Source of the DNA: Bdellovibrionota bacterium
GTDB taxonomy: Bacteria; Bdellovibrionota_C; UBA2361; OMII01
NCBI GenBank assembly: GCA_044345405.1
Contig: JBIJBE010000032.1
Span: 1-41,708 of the forward strand
DNA length: 41,708 nt
Direction: 5' to 3'
The position numbers were made by a program, and so were the translations under genes. This document shows, piece after piece, positions 16,318 to 25,669 of this stretch (positions within the stretch are counted from its first letter, which is position 1; every line of letters begins with the position of its first letter). Below the pieces are notes generated by a model that was not told where the DNA came from, made no database searches, and saw nothing but the letters and a program-made list of their open reading frames with translations.

Positions 16318-18123
16318 ATGACCGTTTCGCCGTATCTCACTAGCATCTATCGAACTCACACCTGTGACGACCTTCGGGCTTCAGACGCCGGTGCTACCGT
16401 AACCCTTTCGGGTTGGGTGCTCCGGAAGCGTGACCACGGTGGCGTTGTGTTCGTGGATCTTCGGGATAATTACGGGCAAACCCAGGTCGTGTTCAATGAA
16501 GCGGGGCGAGCTGAGGTGCAGGACGTTCGCGTCGAGTCGGTTATCAAGGTAACGGGCAAGGTGGTGAAGCGTGACGCCGCGATGATAAACGGCAAGCTTC
16601 CGACCGGCGAGATCGAGCTTCACTGTGAGCGTCTCGAGGTGCTTACGACATCAGATGTTCTTCCGTTTCAGGTCGCTGAGGATGATAAGGCTCCAGAGCC
16701 AACTCGCTTGACCTATCGTTTCCTCGATCTCCGTCGAGACAAGGTACATGAGAATATACTTCTTCGTTCGAAGGTCATTAAGCGCATCCGTGAACTCATG
16801 CACGATCGCGGATTTCAGGAGTTCCAAACCCCGATCCTTACGAGCAGCTCCCCTGAGGGCGCGCGCGATTTCTTGGTTCCTTCGCGATTTCATCCCGGAA
16901 AGTTCTTCGCGTTGCCGCAGGCTCCTCAGCAGTTCAAGCAGCTCTTGATGGTCGCTGGCTTCGATCGGTACTTCCAGATCGCCCCATGCTTTCGAGATGA
17001 GGATCCTCGCGCCGATCGATCCCCAGGTGAGTTCTATCAACTCGATATGGAGATGAGCTTCGTTGAGCAGGAGGATGTGTTCAAAGTAGGTGAAGAGGTT
17101 CTTTCTGAGCTCTTCAAGAGCTTCGCGAAGGAGCCTGTAACCTCGACCCCATTCCCTCGCATTCCGTACGACGAGGCGATGAGAACCTTCGGTTCCGATA
17201 AGCCTGACTTCCGTAATCCGCTTCGGCTCTCAGATGTTTCCGGAGCGTTCGCTGGATGCTCCTTCCAGGTCTTTAATAAGGTGATCGCTGACGGTGGCGC
17301 TATCTTCGCTATTCCGATGCCGGTGATGACCGCGCCAGCTCGTAAGTACTTCGATGAGACGATCGAGCTTTTCACGAAGTGGAGTGGGCAGGGGCTCGCG
17401 TACCTCATCTATGAAGAGGGTGGATGGCGTGGCTCGATCCAGAAGTTTGTTGGCCCCGCTGAGCAGCAGAAGTTAATCGAGCAGCTCGATCTCAAGCCTG
17501 GCCAGGTTGTGTTCCTCGGCGCTGGTAAGCCGAAGCAGATCCTTTCCCATCTTGGACGACTCCGTAACAAGCTCGGCGAGGACTTTAAGCTCCTCTCCGG
17601 TGGCTACCACTTCTGTTGGGTAACGGACTTTCCGATGTACGAGTACGACGAGGATCTCCGTCAGGTTGTGTTCAGCCACAACCCATTCTCCATGCCACAG
17701 GGTGGCCTTGAGGCGCTCAAGACGATGGACCCACTCGCCATCAAGGCGTACCAGTACGATATCGTGTGTAACGGATATGAGCTCTCAAGCGGCGCTATTC
17801 GAAATCACCAGCCGGAGGTCATGTACAAAGCGTTCGAGATCGCTGGATACGATCAGGCTCAGGTTGATGAGAAGTTCGGCGGTATGATCAAGGCGTTTAA
17901 GTTCGGCGCTCCACCGCACGGTGGAATGGCCCCTGGAATCGATCGTATCGTGATGCTGCTCGCGCAGGAGAACGCGATCCGTGATGTAATCGCCTTCCCG
18001 ATGGCGCAATCCGTTGAGGATCTCCTTATGGGCGCTCCAAGCGTTCCGAGCGAGAAGGCGCTTCGAGAGGTTCACATCCGCGTTGTGATGCCAGAGACGC
18101 CAGCGAAAGCTCACGGGGCGTAG
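16318..18123 (+). CDS. aspS: Aspartate--tRNA ligase, probably non-discriminating Asp/Asn type
   Basis: [47 protein letters not shown]. His in RDHGG is the known non-discriminating signature. Start set at ATG 16318 after AAGGGG. Confidence 0.98.
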   Translation: MTVSPYLTSIYRTHTCDDLRASDAGATVTLSGWVLRKRDHGGVVFVDLRDNYGQTQVVFNEAGRAEVQDVRVESVIKVTGKVVKRDAAMINGKLPTGEIELHCERLEVLTTSDVLPFQVAEDDKAPEPTRLTYRFLDLRRDKVHENILLRSKVIKRIRELMHDRGFQEFQTPILTSSSPEGARDFLVPSRFHPGKFFALPQAPQQFKQLLMVAGFDRYFQIAPCFRDEDPRADRSPGEFYQLDMEMSFVEQEDVFKVGEEVLSELFKSFAKEPVTSTPFPRIPYDEAMRTFGSDKPDFRNPLRLSDVSGAFAGCSFQVFNKVIADGGAIFAIPMPVMTAPARKYFDETIELFTKWSGQGLAYLIYEEGGWRGSIQKFVGPAEQQKLIEQLDLKPGQVVFLGAGKPKQILSHLGRLRNKLGEDFKLLSGGYHFCWVTDFPMYEYDEDLRQVVFSHNPFSMPQGGLEALKTMDPLAIKAYQYDIVCNGYELSSGAIRNHQPEVMYKAFEIAGYDQAQVDEKFGGMIKAFKFGAPPHGGMAPGIDRIVMLLAQENAIRDVIAFPMAQSVEDLLMGAPSVPSEKALREVHIRVVMPETPAKAHGA

Positions 18124-18125
18124 GT

Positions 18126-18183
18126 AGGGAGGGCGACCGTCCCTCCCTCGACGTTGCTCGGGACAGGCTGGTCGCCGTTTTTT
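18126..18183 (+). terminator. Terminator region after aspS
   Basis: GGCGACC (18132-18138) / GGTCGCC (18170-18176) stem followed by T6; overlapping AGGGAGGG / CCCTCCCT hairpin. Confidence 0.6.
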
Positions 18184-18338
18184 GTGCATGCATGCCCATG
18201 CCTAGGTATCTCGAAAGCGCTCTTTTCTGGCCTCGGAAAGTATTCTAGAGTGTTGCCTTGTTTGCCCGCCTCCGCTTTCGCTTTGGCGAGGCAGATGACG
18301 CGGCGGTGCTTGGCTGTAGTGTAGAGGTAAGGTCATCT

Positions 18339-18425
18339 GCCCGGATGGCGAAATTGGTAGACGCACAGGACTTAAAATCCTGGGGTAGCAATACCGTGCC
18401 GGTTCAAGTCCGGCTCTGGGCACCA
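18339..18425 (+). tRNA. tRNA-Leu (anticodon UAA)
   Basis: Acceptor GCCCGGA / TCTGGGC, discriminator A, encoded CCA, anticodon arm CAGGA-CTTAAAA-TCCTG, long variable arm, GGTTCAAGTCC T-arm. Confidence 0.98.
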
Positions 18426-18865
18426 TTCGACTCGCTTCGCTCGCTCTTGGCCAGCCTTCACCGGATAGTATTCCCGTGCATCCATATCCGCGGTCCGAGT
18501 TAGCTTTGCCTAAAACCTAACCGATCTCCTGCGATCCTCTACGATCTGAAACGACCCCGTGTCCTTTGCATTGGGCTGGAGGAGTCGTATCCTAGTGCTC
18601 TGGTTTGTTTTGGTGTGGGTAGAAGGCGCACAGAGACGGTGCAAGCGGCCTTGAGTGATTCGGTAGGATCGCTCAGCGCCGCTTGCTTCGTTTGACGAAG
18701 TTTCGGTGTAGCTCTTGTTGGTAGTGGGCCTCTTTTCTTCGCTGGTGCGGAGGATGCGGGGTTCGCGCAAGGGTCTATGGACCGTTTCGTAGTATGAATT
18801 CAAATCTAACGTCGGGGCGCTCCGCGCGCCCAATCACCACCTCCGCCGGTTCTCAGGAACAGGGG

Positions 18866-19771
18866 ATGGTGCTCGTAAAGCCGGTTACAGTGTGGCACAG
18901 CCAGACTATGACCTTTTCGCCGCTCCCGATGCTCTCGGGGTTAAAAGTGGTGCTTCGCAGGAGCTCCGCCTCGGTGGTCTCCGGTAGTACTACTCAGAAG
19001 GCCGCGTTTATCAATGCGATGACGCGGTGGTCCGGAGGAGTTGTTCCTACGACGAAGCCGTATCGGGTTCAAGTGCGGGTCTCCTCGCAACTGGATAGGT
19101 TACGTGAGTTCGTTTGTAAGAGACGGATCGGTTCGGGCGATATCGCATGGAGCTCTCCGCAAGAGGACTCGGTCGGTATCGTGGCGAGTGGTTCGTTTGC
19201 ACCTCGATGGTTGTGTCGCGGTGAGCGGACCTCGATACATGGTCACTATTCGGCGATTCGCCTCAATGAGGCCGCGGAGCCGATCGTGTACACGCGGGGG
19301 CCTTCAAGGCTTCCGATTATCGCGATTCCCACCGCTCAAGGGGATATCGTGCTGATCGACCCGGAGCCTCGTCGATTGATCGGCGACGCGAAGGTAAGCT
19401 TGATGGTTGAGTCGATCGACTTGATGAACGCCTATACCATCGCGCGTCGACACGGATGGTATGTGGCAGGTCGATACGCGGGGGTTATCCTCCCGATGGT
19501 CGCGCACACGGCGCGGTGGGACCACGACGAACTCGTGGGCGCTCGCGCTTGTGGGGTGCGGTCCGCAACGGTCAGCCTCGCGTGCGAGGAGACCCATTTC
19601 GCGCTGAGCGAGTATGGGGAGCCTCGCAAGTCAGGTACATCGAGTGGACGATCTGGAGACTATTTCATGGTCGACAGGCCGTTCCTTGTGACGATCATGC
19701 GGCCCGGAGTTCAGCTTCCCCTGGTGGTGGGCTGGTATGATACGAGTTCGTGGCTTCGTTCTGGGTTCTAG
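18866..19771 (+). CDS. Divergent serpin-like protein
   Basis: FSPLPMLSGL near the N-terminus, VILPMV, THFALSEYG hinge-like segment and C-terminal FMVDRPFLVTIMRPGVQLPLVVG resemble serpin motifs. Start uncertain (18794 or 18866). Confidence 0.55.
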   Translation: MVLVKPVTVWHSQTMTFSPLPMLSGLKVVLRRSSASVVSGSTTQKAAFINAMTRWSGGVVPTTKPYRVQVRVSSQLDRLREFVCKRRIGSGDIAWSSPQEDSVGIVASGSFAPRWLCRGERTSIHGHYSAIRLNEAAEPIVYTRGPSRLPIIAIPTAQGDIVLIDPEPRRLIGDAKVSLMVESIDLMNAYTIARRHGWYVAGRYAGVILPMVAHTARWDHDELVGARACGVRSATVSLACEETHFALSEYGEPRKSGTSSGRSGDYFMVDRPFLVTIMRPGVQLPLVVGWYDTSSWLRSGF

Positions 19772-19933
19772 CGCGCCTTCCCTCATCGTTTGTAATCCAT
19801 GGTCGTCTCGCGACATCCATGGAGGATAGAGGTTTGTAGGGATTCGTGGAGGAGTGCGTCCCGCAAGGTTTAAGGTCTAACAACCCTTAGTGCGCGCTCC
19901 TCCATTCTTTTCTCCCGCGAGGCTGCGGCGAGT

Positions 19934-21733
19934 CTAGCTCTTAAATACAGCGTCGCGTAATCCCTCGGGAAGAGAGCGCTCGGTATGAACGTCGCGAGTA
20001 CACGTAAAGACCTCGATATCCTCTCCGTCGCTTCCCTCAAAGGCGCGCTTCAGCTCACGAAGGGTGGTAAGAATTCTCACATCGCCGGGCACGAGCTCGG
20101 GGTTCTTGTGGAGCCAGGACCGCTTCGCCACGTAGACCACACTGGGATCGCACCGCTCGATCCCCTCGGTCCCGCTGAGGATGGTGATGGGGCGTCGAGC
20201 GTAGAAGAAGATCGGATCGAAATATTCGTCGAATGTGTCTTTGATCACCGCGATCCGTTGCCCCTCTTTCACGAGGAGGAGAAGTTGCTCGGTCATGATC
20301 GGCCACCCTCTGAGTGTGCCCTTCACGACATTTCCGGCGGCAACACACAGGGTCATGAGCACAACGATGAGAAACCAGAGGCGACCGTACGGAGCGCGCG
20401 AAGTTTCACGTTTAAGAAGCCCGATGAGGCCGAGGGAAAAGAGGGTGACGAGGCCCGCTCGAAAGGTGAACGGGGCGCACGCGAATTTTACGATCTCCTC
20501 AAGTGGGTGATGTCCCCAATCGAATTGATGCGCGATTCCCGCTCCCGTGAGAAGGAGCACGATCAAAAACGCTACTATCCCCTCAAGCCGGTGGGCGAAC
20601 TTCCACAGACGTTCTCGGGTTGGGAGCCCCCGGCGCTCAAGAAACATCGAGAATAATACCGCGCATTGGATGGCGACGAAGGGCTGGAGGGGGAGCATGT
20701 ACGAATGGCGTTTGCCGGAAGAGAGCGAGAAGAGGATCACGCCAGCCACAAGCGACACCGTTGGGACGAGAGCCCATCGCTGGAAACCTCCTTCGTAGGC
20801 GAGGCTTCGCGCCCTCCGTGCGTATCGAAGGACGCCGATGCTCATTAGCATTCCCCACGGCGCGGTCGTGCGGAGAAGTGAAGGGAGATAGAACCACCAC
20901 GCCTCTGTGTTGATCTTCTCCCCACCGACGAATCGCTGCACGTTCTCGAAGAGGAGTTGTCGAGCCAGGAACGCCTCGCCACCTTTCACGTAGGCGGCGT
21001 AATACCATGCGCACGGAATAAGGAACGCGAGCCACCCTATACTTGGTCGTAAGCCCTCTCGCACGGTAGCCTTGAGGCCCGCGAGATACCAACCGGTGAT
21101 ACCAACGAGGAATACGGGGAGGGCGACGCCGATCGGGCCACGAGCTGTCATGGCTACCGCGCACGAGGTCCAGAAGAGCGCTCGACTTCTCCACGATATC
21201 CGTTGGTGCTCACGCCACTCTACTGGGTCGCTCCACACCAGCGCCGCAAGCGCGGCCAAGAGGAAGAGCGAGAAGGTCATATCCACCATGGCTTGCGAGG
21301 CCAGCTGGTGGAAGCCGTAGCTTAGGGAGAGGATCGCGGGCGCAAGGAGCGCTACCCGCTCCTGATGGAGATCCCCTTCTACGGTTTGGCTGAAGCGAGC
21401 GATCCGAAACGCCACGAGCCCGCTCAGGAGAAGGACCCCCACGGCCGCGATGTGCGAGGGTAGTCTGACGGTGAGTTCACTGACCTCTCCGAGGATGGAG
21501 CTGATGCCGGCGCCGAACCAGTGAAAGAGGGGTGGTTTTGAGGGAACGATCCCGTTGCGGAGCGGAAGTATCCATTCGCCATCTCGAAGGATTGTGTCGA
21601 TAACCTGCGCTTCACGAGCCTCTGTGCTTCCCGCGATAGGCGCGAGCCCAAGGAAGAGGATCTGCAGAAGGGAATAGAGGCCGAGGGCAGCGATGAGGTA
21701 TCTCCAGGGATGGGAGTCGTGCGATGTGGGCAT
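19934..21733 (-). CDS. ArnT/PMT-family (GT-C, GT83-like) glycosyltransferase
   Basis: EAREAQV...GEWILP, SKPPLFHW, VRLPS, AMVDM, ARGPIG, SSGKRHSYMLP; many transmembrane helices. Confidence 0.9.
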   Translation of the reverse strand: MPTSHDSHPWRYLIAALGLYSLLQILFLGLAPIAGSTEAREAQVIDTILRDGEWILPLRNGIVPSKPPLFHWFGAGISSILGEVSELTVRLPSHIAAVGVLLLSGLVAFRIARFSQTVEGDLHQERVALLAPAILSLSYGFHQLASQAMVDMTFSLFLLAALAALVWSDPVEWREHQRISWRSRALFWTSCAVAMTARGPIGVALPVFLVGITGWYLAGLKATVREGLRPSIGWLAFLIPCAWYYAAYVKGGEAFLARQLLFENVQRFVGGEKINTEAWWFYLPSLLRTTAPWGMLMSIGVLRYARRARSLAYEGGFQRWALVPTVSLVAGVILFSLSSGKRHSYMLPLQPFVAIQCAVLFSMFLERRGLPTRERLWKFAHRLEGIVAFLIVLLLTGAGIAHQFDWGHHPLEEIVKFACAPFTFRAGLVTLFSLGLIGLLKRETSRAPYGRLWFLIVVLMTLCVAAGNVVKGTLRGWPIMTEQLLLLVKEGQRIAVIKDTFDEYFDPIFFYARRPITILSGTEGIERCDPSVVYVAKRSWLHKNPELVPGDVRILTTLRELKRAFEGSDGEDIEVFTCTRDVHTERSLPEGLRDAVFKS

Positions 21734-21863
21734 AGGGTTCTAATCGTGACTATTCCGCGGAACGCCTCCCTTACCTGGGCGTGCCATCCTTGGTAGGGGC
21801 ATCTTAGAGGGAGAGGGGGCGCCTCGCAACGGGTGAGGTCGGGGTGGGGAAGAAGGGCCGAAG

Positions 21864-21943
21864 AAAAAAAACGGGGCGAGCTCTCGCTCCGCCCCGACTT
21901 TCGACATGATTTCGAAAGATGCAACTACTCCATGAGTAGCGAT
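21864..21943 (-). ncRNA. Candidate ~80-nt small RNA with three hairpins ending in an intrinsic terminator
   Basis: Minus-strand sequence AUCGCUACUCAUGGAGUAGUUGCAUCUUUCGAAAUCAUGUCGAAAGUCGGGGCGGAGCGAGAGCUCGCCCCG-U8; promoter immediately upstream. Confidence 0.7.
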
Positions 21944-21949
21944 ACCTCC

Positions 21950-21978
21950 ATGATACGGAGCCCCGCTTCAGCGTTCAA
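21950..21978 (-). promoter_or_regulatory. Sigma70 promoter for the candidate sRNA
   Basis: TTGAAC (21978-21973), 17 nt, TATCAT (21955-21950), with a T-rich tract upstream of the -35. Confidence 0.7.
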
Positions 21979-22394
21979 CAAAAAAGAGATGCGCAATCTT
22001 CCCATTTTTGGCGTTGGATGGGGTGCTGGGTTACGAGAGCCCGAGGGAGGTTTCGATGTACGCAATCCGTTTTCCTGCGGATTGAGCCGCGAAGGCACCA
22101 CCGAGAAGCTTCGCTGAGACCCCCTGCGCGCCAGCGGTGGGGATGGAGAGGTGCGGCAGGTAAAGACCGGGTAGGGCCACTAGGAGGGTGAGAGGGGTTT
22201 TAACCATACGGACACAGTACCGAGTGCGGCGGAGTTGGTACGACCGTCTTTTGTGAGGTTCGGGCTGTTAAGATGTTGATTCGCCGTTGTAAAGGGGCCG
22301 GTTGTCGCTCAGGTGTTAAGTGGCGGGGAGGGAGTGTCGACCCCAAGTATCGATAGGGGCGAGAGTGGGCGACGTGCGACGAACATATAGTTTT

Positions 22395-24383
22395 ATGCGG
22401 AGCGAATGGTTGCGTGTCCTTGCGCTTTCTTCGTGCGCGTGGGCCTGCCCTGGTGTTGGCACGGCCGATACCTTCGTTGTGCCGGACCGGTACGTGGTCC
22501 AACGAGGAGCGAGATCGGTTGCCGCGCTCGGTAAGGATCAGGTGTCGTACATCGTTGAGAAGCCGCACGAACACTTCGATGTCGTCGTGCCGGCGCGATA
22601 TGTGAGCAAGGTGAGCGCCCAGAGCGCGCCCGCTGCCGAGCTGTTACATCCCGCCAAGGTTGCCGCTGATTGCGCTGAGATCCGTAAAGATCCAACGGTG
22701 GAGTCTTGTGAGCCAGATGTGATCTGGTATCCGAGTGCGGTTCCCAACGACACCTCCTTTTCACGGCAGTGGCATCTTCACGATCCGTCGGGTGATGGGG
22801 ATATCGAAGCCCTTACCGCTTGGGATAAGGGAATGGGAAGGAAGGATGTTCTGATCGGAGTACTCGACACGGGCGTCTATTGGTCGCATCCCGATCTCGT
22901 CAACAACATGTGGTCGAATCCGAATGAGCCAGTTGACGGAATCGACAACGATGGAAACGGGTACATCGATGATGTCGTCGGCGTTAATAGCGCGAATGGT
23001 AGGGGTGATCCGACCGACCCGCACGGGCACGGTACTCACGTAGCTGGGATTATCGGAGCGCAGGGAAACAATGGGAGGGGCGTTTCGGGTGTTATGTGGA
23101 GGGTCTCGCTGGTAGGTGTTAGCGCGACGACATCAAGCGCCGGTACGTTCACCACCTCGGCGTTGGTGGCGGGCTTAGACTATTTTCGTAAAATCAAAGA
23201 AGCGGGACACAATCTGCGGGCGGTCAACGCGTCATGGGGAGGAAACTCCTATTCCGATGATATTTATCAAGCGATTAACCGGCTCAATAGCGTCGGTGTG
23301 CTGGTTGTGTGCGCCGCCGGTAACGACGGTACAAGCAACGATACCGTTCCTCATTACCCCTCCGATTACGATCTCCCCAACGTTGTCTCAGTCGCCGCCA
23401 CCGGTCCAACGATCGCTCTAGCGGCGTACTCTAATTTCGGCAATTCGGTTGATATCGCCGCTCCGGGCGGCGATTCAGATTTTGGTGACGGGGGCTTGAT
23501 CTACAGCACCTTCAGGTCCTCTACGGCCGGCCAGGCGGTATACTCCGGCAAACAGGGGACCTCGATGGCGGCTCCGGTCGTAACGGGTGCGATAGGTCTT
23601 CTGTCGTCGCAGCGACCACTGTACACGAGCGCCGAGCTTAGGTCTCTTCTCCTCTCCTCAGCGGATGTTGTTCCCGGTCTCCTCTCTTACATCAATTCGG
23701 GGCGATTTCTTAATGTAGCAACTATGTCCACTGCCGCTGACCCCTACGATGAGTGTCCATCCGACTCCGCGAAGGTTGCGCCCGGTGTGTGTGGGTGCGG
23801 GGTCGTGGAGAGTTTGGCTGATGCCGATATCGATGGCACCTTAGATTGTCTTGAGAGCTGTCCGGCCGATTCCAACAAGACGGATCCAGGATCGTGTGGA
23901 TGTGGTGTCTCCGACGCCGACACGAATGGAAACGGCACCCCTGATTGTCTCGATCCTCCCGCATCGGCTCCTTCTGATAACTGTCCTAGTGACACCCTGA
24001 AGGTCGAGCCAGGAGTGTGTGGATGTGGGGTTGCTGACGACGATCTCAACTCTAACGGTACGGTGGACTGCCTCGATCCTAAGGTTAGTGGGATCACCCC
24101 CACAGCGCCGACCGTGCAGGGGGCAAAGGGGAAGGTGGTCGTAACACTAACCGCTATGAGTGGTGTTACCTACGCTCTCAAGATAACGACCCAGGCGCCG
24201 ACGGTGAAGGGGAAGCCAAAGCCGAAGGCGAAGGTCGTCTACGTGACCACATCGACCCCTGGCTACACGGTTACTAAACTGAAAGCGAAGACCAAAGCGT
24301 CGATCAGTTACGCGTATGTGCTTCAAGGAACACCCTTAAAGGTATCTCAGTACAGTCGGCCCAAAACCGCGACCGTGAAGTGA
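22395..24383 (+). CDS. Secreted S8 subtilisin-like serine protease with Cys-rich repeats
   Basis: Catalytic triad GVLDTG, HGHGTHVAG, GTSMAAP; oxyanion AAGND; DNDGNGYIDD insert; signal peptide from ATG 22395. Confidence 0.95.
   Translation: MRSEWLRVLALSSCAWACPGVGTADTFVVPDRYVVQRGARSVAALGKDQVSYIVEKPHEHFDVVVPARYVSKVSAQSAPAAELLHPAKVAADCAEIRKDPTVESCEPDVIWYPSAVPNDTSFSRQWHLHDPSGDGDIEALTAWDKGMGRKDVLIGVLDTGVYWSHPDLVNNMWSNPNEPVDGIDNDGNGYIDDVVGVNSANGRGDPTDPHGHGTHVAGIIGAQGNNGRGVSGVMWRVSLVGVSATTSSAGTFTTSALVAGLDYFRKIKEAGHNLRAVNASWGGNSYSDDIYQAINRLNSVGVLVVCAAGNDGTSNDTVPHYPSDYDLPNVVSVAATGPTIALAAYSNFGNSVDIAAPGGDSDFGDGGLIYSTFRSSTAGQAVYSGKQGTSMAAPVVTGAIGLLSSQRPLYTSAELRSLLLSSADVVPGLLSYINSGRFLNVATMSTAADPYDECPSDSAKVAPGVCGCGVVESLADADIDGTLDCLESCPADSNKTDPGSCGCGVSDADTNGNGTPDCLDPPASAPSDNCPSDTLKVEPGVCGCGVADDDLNSNGTVDCLDPKVSGITPTAPTVQGAKGKVVVTLTAMSGVTYALKITTQAPTVKGKPKPKAKVVYVTTSTPGYTVTKLKAKTKASISYAYVLQGTPLKVSQYSRPKTATVK
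23748..24074 (+). repeat. Three intragenic CPxDxxKxxPGxCGCG...DxxxxGTxDCL repeats
   Basis: Visible in translation; Asp-rich, thrombospondin type-3-like Ca-binding pattern. Confidence 0.85.
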
Positions 24384-24613
24384 TGTTCCGCGCGCGCCGG
24401 GCTGACGACTCTCAGATTCTGAAAAATGCACTGAAAAAGGAGACTTTTGACCCGGCGTCACGTTTCGCGAATCCGGGAGGGACTTCGTTCGGGCGCTGCC
24501 ACGGTAGCCTGGCTCATCGGGTGGTACACATTATTGTACTGTAGGGCGTCGGCGGGGTAATTGCAGGCTGTAGCATTGATTTTGTTGTTTTGTACCTCGC
24601 AGTACCTAGATAC

Positions 24614-25669
24614 ATGGATCCTACCCAAAAACAAACCGCCCGCTCGTTGCACGGGCCTCGAAGAAAGGGTACGGAATCCTCCACGTTCCTCAAGCGATCC
24701 TTGACCCTGCAGGGTGAGTTGCAGAAGAAGGCGTATCCAAACGCCTCGACCTTGGCCGCCATGTGTGGTTGTTCGCGCAGCACGGCGATGCGGACGATCG
24801 ACCGCCTGCGGTATGAGTTTGGCGTTCCCCTCGAATACGATGAGTCAAATCGAGGGTACTTCCTTACGAATCCTGAATTTAGTTTCGCGTCCCTTCCTCC
24901 CGGACGTGATGAGTTGGTCGCTCTGGTGTTGCTGAGTGAGCTGGCGGGGATGATCGACGACCCCTCATTGCACGAGGCGGTATCATCGCTCTGGACACGG
25001 ATCACAAACGGTCGCTCTGATGTCGACCACGATTTAGAGCACATTCGACAGAGGTTCTCGTCGGAAACAACATCGGTAGCGAAGCTCGCTGATATCGATC
25101 TCGTTCGATTGCTGACGTTGTGTCACAGGGGGCAGCCCGTTGTGGTTCGGTATCGCTCCCCGTGGAGACATGAAGAGGATAAGGAATACGGAGGGCTATT
25201 CGAGCGGTTGCATTTCTCGGATGGCATGTTGTACGCGCTTTTTAAGGACGGAGGTGGGCGTGAGCTCGTCCTAAACGTCTCGTTCATCAAAGAGGTGCGT
25301 GAAGTCGCCGAGATCCCCGAGATCGTTCGTGAGGAGCGGTGCGAGGGGCCGGCCAAGCCCTACTGGCTTGAGGGATTCGGCATTTGGTCCGGCTCTAAAC
25401 CTGAAACGATCGAGATAACGATCGCGCCACCTGCGTCACGATTCTATGCCGCTCAGACGTGGCACGCTGAGCAAGAGGACACGTGGGTCGGGGAGTCGCT
25501 CGTTCGAAGGTTTCCCGGCATCGCGTCCCCAGAGCTGATCCGTCGGGTGTTGAGCCTGGGCCGGTTCGTTGTATCGGTAAAGCCTGGCACGATCCTTGTT
25601 CAGATGCGGGACGATGTTGAACACCTCTCAACGCTCTGCGGTGGCGAGATCTCCCTCGCTGGTCGTTGA
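24614..25669 (+). CDS. WYL-domain transcriptional regulator (wHTH-WYL-WCX, PafB/DriD-like)
   Basis: YPNASTLAAMCGCSRSTAMRTIDRLR..FGVPLEYD..NRGY HTH, VRYRSP, EGFGIWSG, QTWHAEQ, ELIRRVLSLG. Start set at ATG 24614. Confidence 0.88.
   Translation: MDPTQKQTARSLHGPRRKGTESSTFLKRSLTLQGELQKKAYPNASTLAAMCGCSRSTAMRTIDRLRYEFGVPLEYDESNRGYFLTNPEFSFASLPPGRDELVALVLLSELAGMIDDPSLHEAVSSLWTRITNGRSDVDHDLEHIRQRFSSETTSVAKLADIDLVRLLTLCHRGQPVVVRYRSPWRHEEDKEYGGLFERLHFSDGMLYALFKDGGGRELVLNVSFIKEVREVAEIPEIVREERCEGPAKPYWLEGFGIWSGSKPETIEITIAPPASRFYAAQTWHAEQEDTWVGESLVRRFPGIASPELIRRVLSLGRFVVSVKPGTILVQMRDDVEHLSTLCGGEISLAGR

Noticed and set aside
21833-22117. 94-aa plus-strand ORF and the 21424-21924 minus-strand ORF
   Set aside because: They cross the promoter, hairpin and terminator unit, which explains the sequence better; no protein motifs.
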